A stretch of DNA of 64,000 nucleotides. It comes from Burkholderiales bacterium (GTDB taxonomy: Bacteria; Pseudomonadota; Gammaproteobacteria; Burkholderiales; JAEUOS01). Made by a program: the position numbers and the translations under genes. Below are positions 63,546-64,000 of this stretch, in pieces; within the stretch, counting starts at the first letter, position 1; every line of letters begins with the position of its first letter. The notes beneath the pieces are model-generated. The model worked only from the letters and a program-made list of their open reading frames with translations, was not told the DNA's origin and did no database searches. Location of the stretch: the NCBI GenBank assembly GCA_031430015.1, contig JANPAR010000221.1, forward strand, positions 3,201 through 67,200. The letters run 5' to 3'.

Positions 63546-63998
63546 TCAGCCAATCACCTCGATGTGCACTTCGCGCTCGCGCCCAGTTGCAAGCAACTCT
63601 TTCAGTCCCGAATCGAACGTGACCAGTCTGCACTTGTTCTTGATCGCAAGTGCAAGCAGGTATGCGTCGGTCACCTGCCGATGCCCGATCAGGCCTCCGG
63701 TGCAATATGAAATCACTTCTGCTATTTGCATATCCTGTGCAAGAAAGCTGTGATGACGATGGGCAAGACTGGGTGTGAGCAGTTCGGCAGCCTCTCGCGG
63801 GCCGATGGCCTGGGTGCCCGTGCCTGCAGAGAAGGCAGGTTGAGACACGATACGTACAAATGCGGCCTGGGTGAATGCCGTGGTCGCCCAACCTTGCTGC
63901 GCACGCGCCTTGAACCATGCCTGAACGCGCGCATGGTGCTGATGCGCCGGCCACGCCAACGCGATCAATACGTTGGCGTCAAGCAGGTAGCCGCTCAA
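63546..63998 (-). CDS. vapC: PIN-domain VapC toxin
   Basis: YLLDANVLIAL N-terminus, QVTDAYLLALAI and VTFD acidic PIN motifs. TTG start at 63998, 2 nt from the window edge, so any cognate antitoxin would lie outside the window. Confidence 0.85.
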   Translation of the reverse strand: MSGYLLDANVLIALAWPAHQHHARVQAWFKARAQQGWATTAFTQAAFVRIVSQPAFSAGTGTQAIGPREAAELLTPSLAHRHHSFLAQDMQIAEVISYCTGGLIGHRQVTDAYLLALAIKNKCRLVTFDSGLKELLATGREREVHIEVIG

Positions 63999-64000
63999 GG

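Overview
High-GC (about two-thirds G+C by eye), gene-dense chromosomal segment. It looks beta-proteobacterial, Burkholderiales-type; that is an inference from four intact Bug/TctC-type orphan solute-binding genes plus one decayed copy, and from the codon style. There are no rRNA or tRNA genes, CRISPR arrays, integrases or transposases. Three blocks are visible. (1) 1-21 kb holds catabolic clusters: Rieske oxygenase, TfdA-like dioxygenase, several alpha/beta hydrolases, an amidohydrolase, and a split AtuA fused to an Ldh2-type oxidoreductase. An unusual share of these enzymes carry export signals. (2) 21-26 kb holds a DMT transporter with a very His-rich tail, a LemA-TPM-TPM module, and a 1.2 kb cassette. 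The cassette carries an extremely AT-rich palindromic promoter, a wHTH gene and a TPM-gene fragment, and is bracketed by about 58 bp direct repeats. (3) 26-49 kb is a copper/heavy-metal region. It has cusCBA with a translationally coupled patatin gene, and a second HME-RND operon (MFP-RND-DUF3240-OMP) next to a decayed MerR gene. It also has a co-directional 10-gene array: copA-cueR-copL-like, then CusF-like/TolC-like OMP/multicopper oxidase/cupredoxin/CusF/Cys-rich mini-membrane protein/CpxP-like. Back-to-back 19-bp-spacer MerR-type promoters sit upstream, separated by a 12-bp tandem array. The remainder (49-64 kb) is housekeeping and catabolic (DUF3500, Bug, DapA-family lyase, TMEM175-like channel, FadD, IorAB-type molybdoenzyme, crotonase, thiolase), ending in a VapC/HicB toxin-antitoxin pair. 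A dispersed intergenic repeat (core GCTCCCACCAACGGTTT) recurs about 17 times across the window. Many long alternative-frame or antisense ORFs in the track are GC artefacts and were not called. Start codons were trimmed to internal ATG/GTG with a Shine-Dalgarno where visible.
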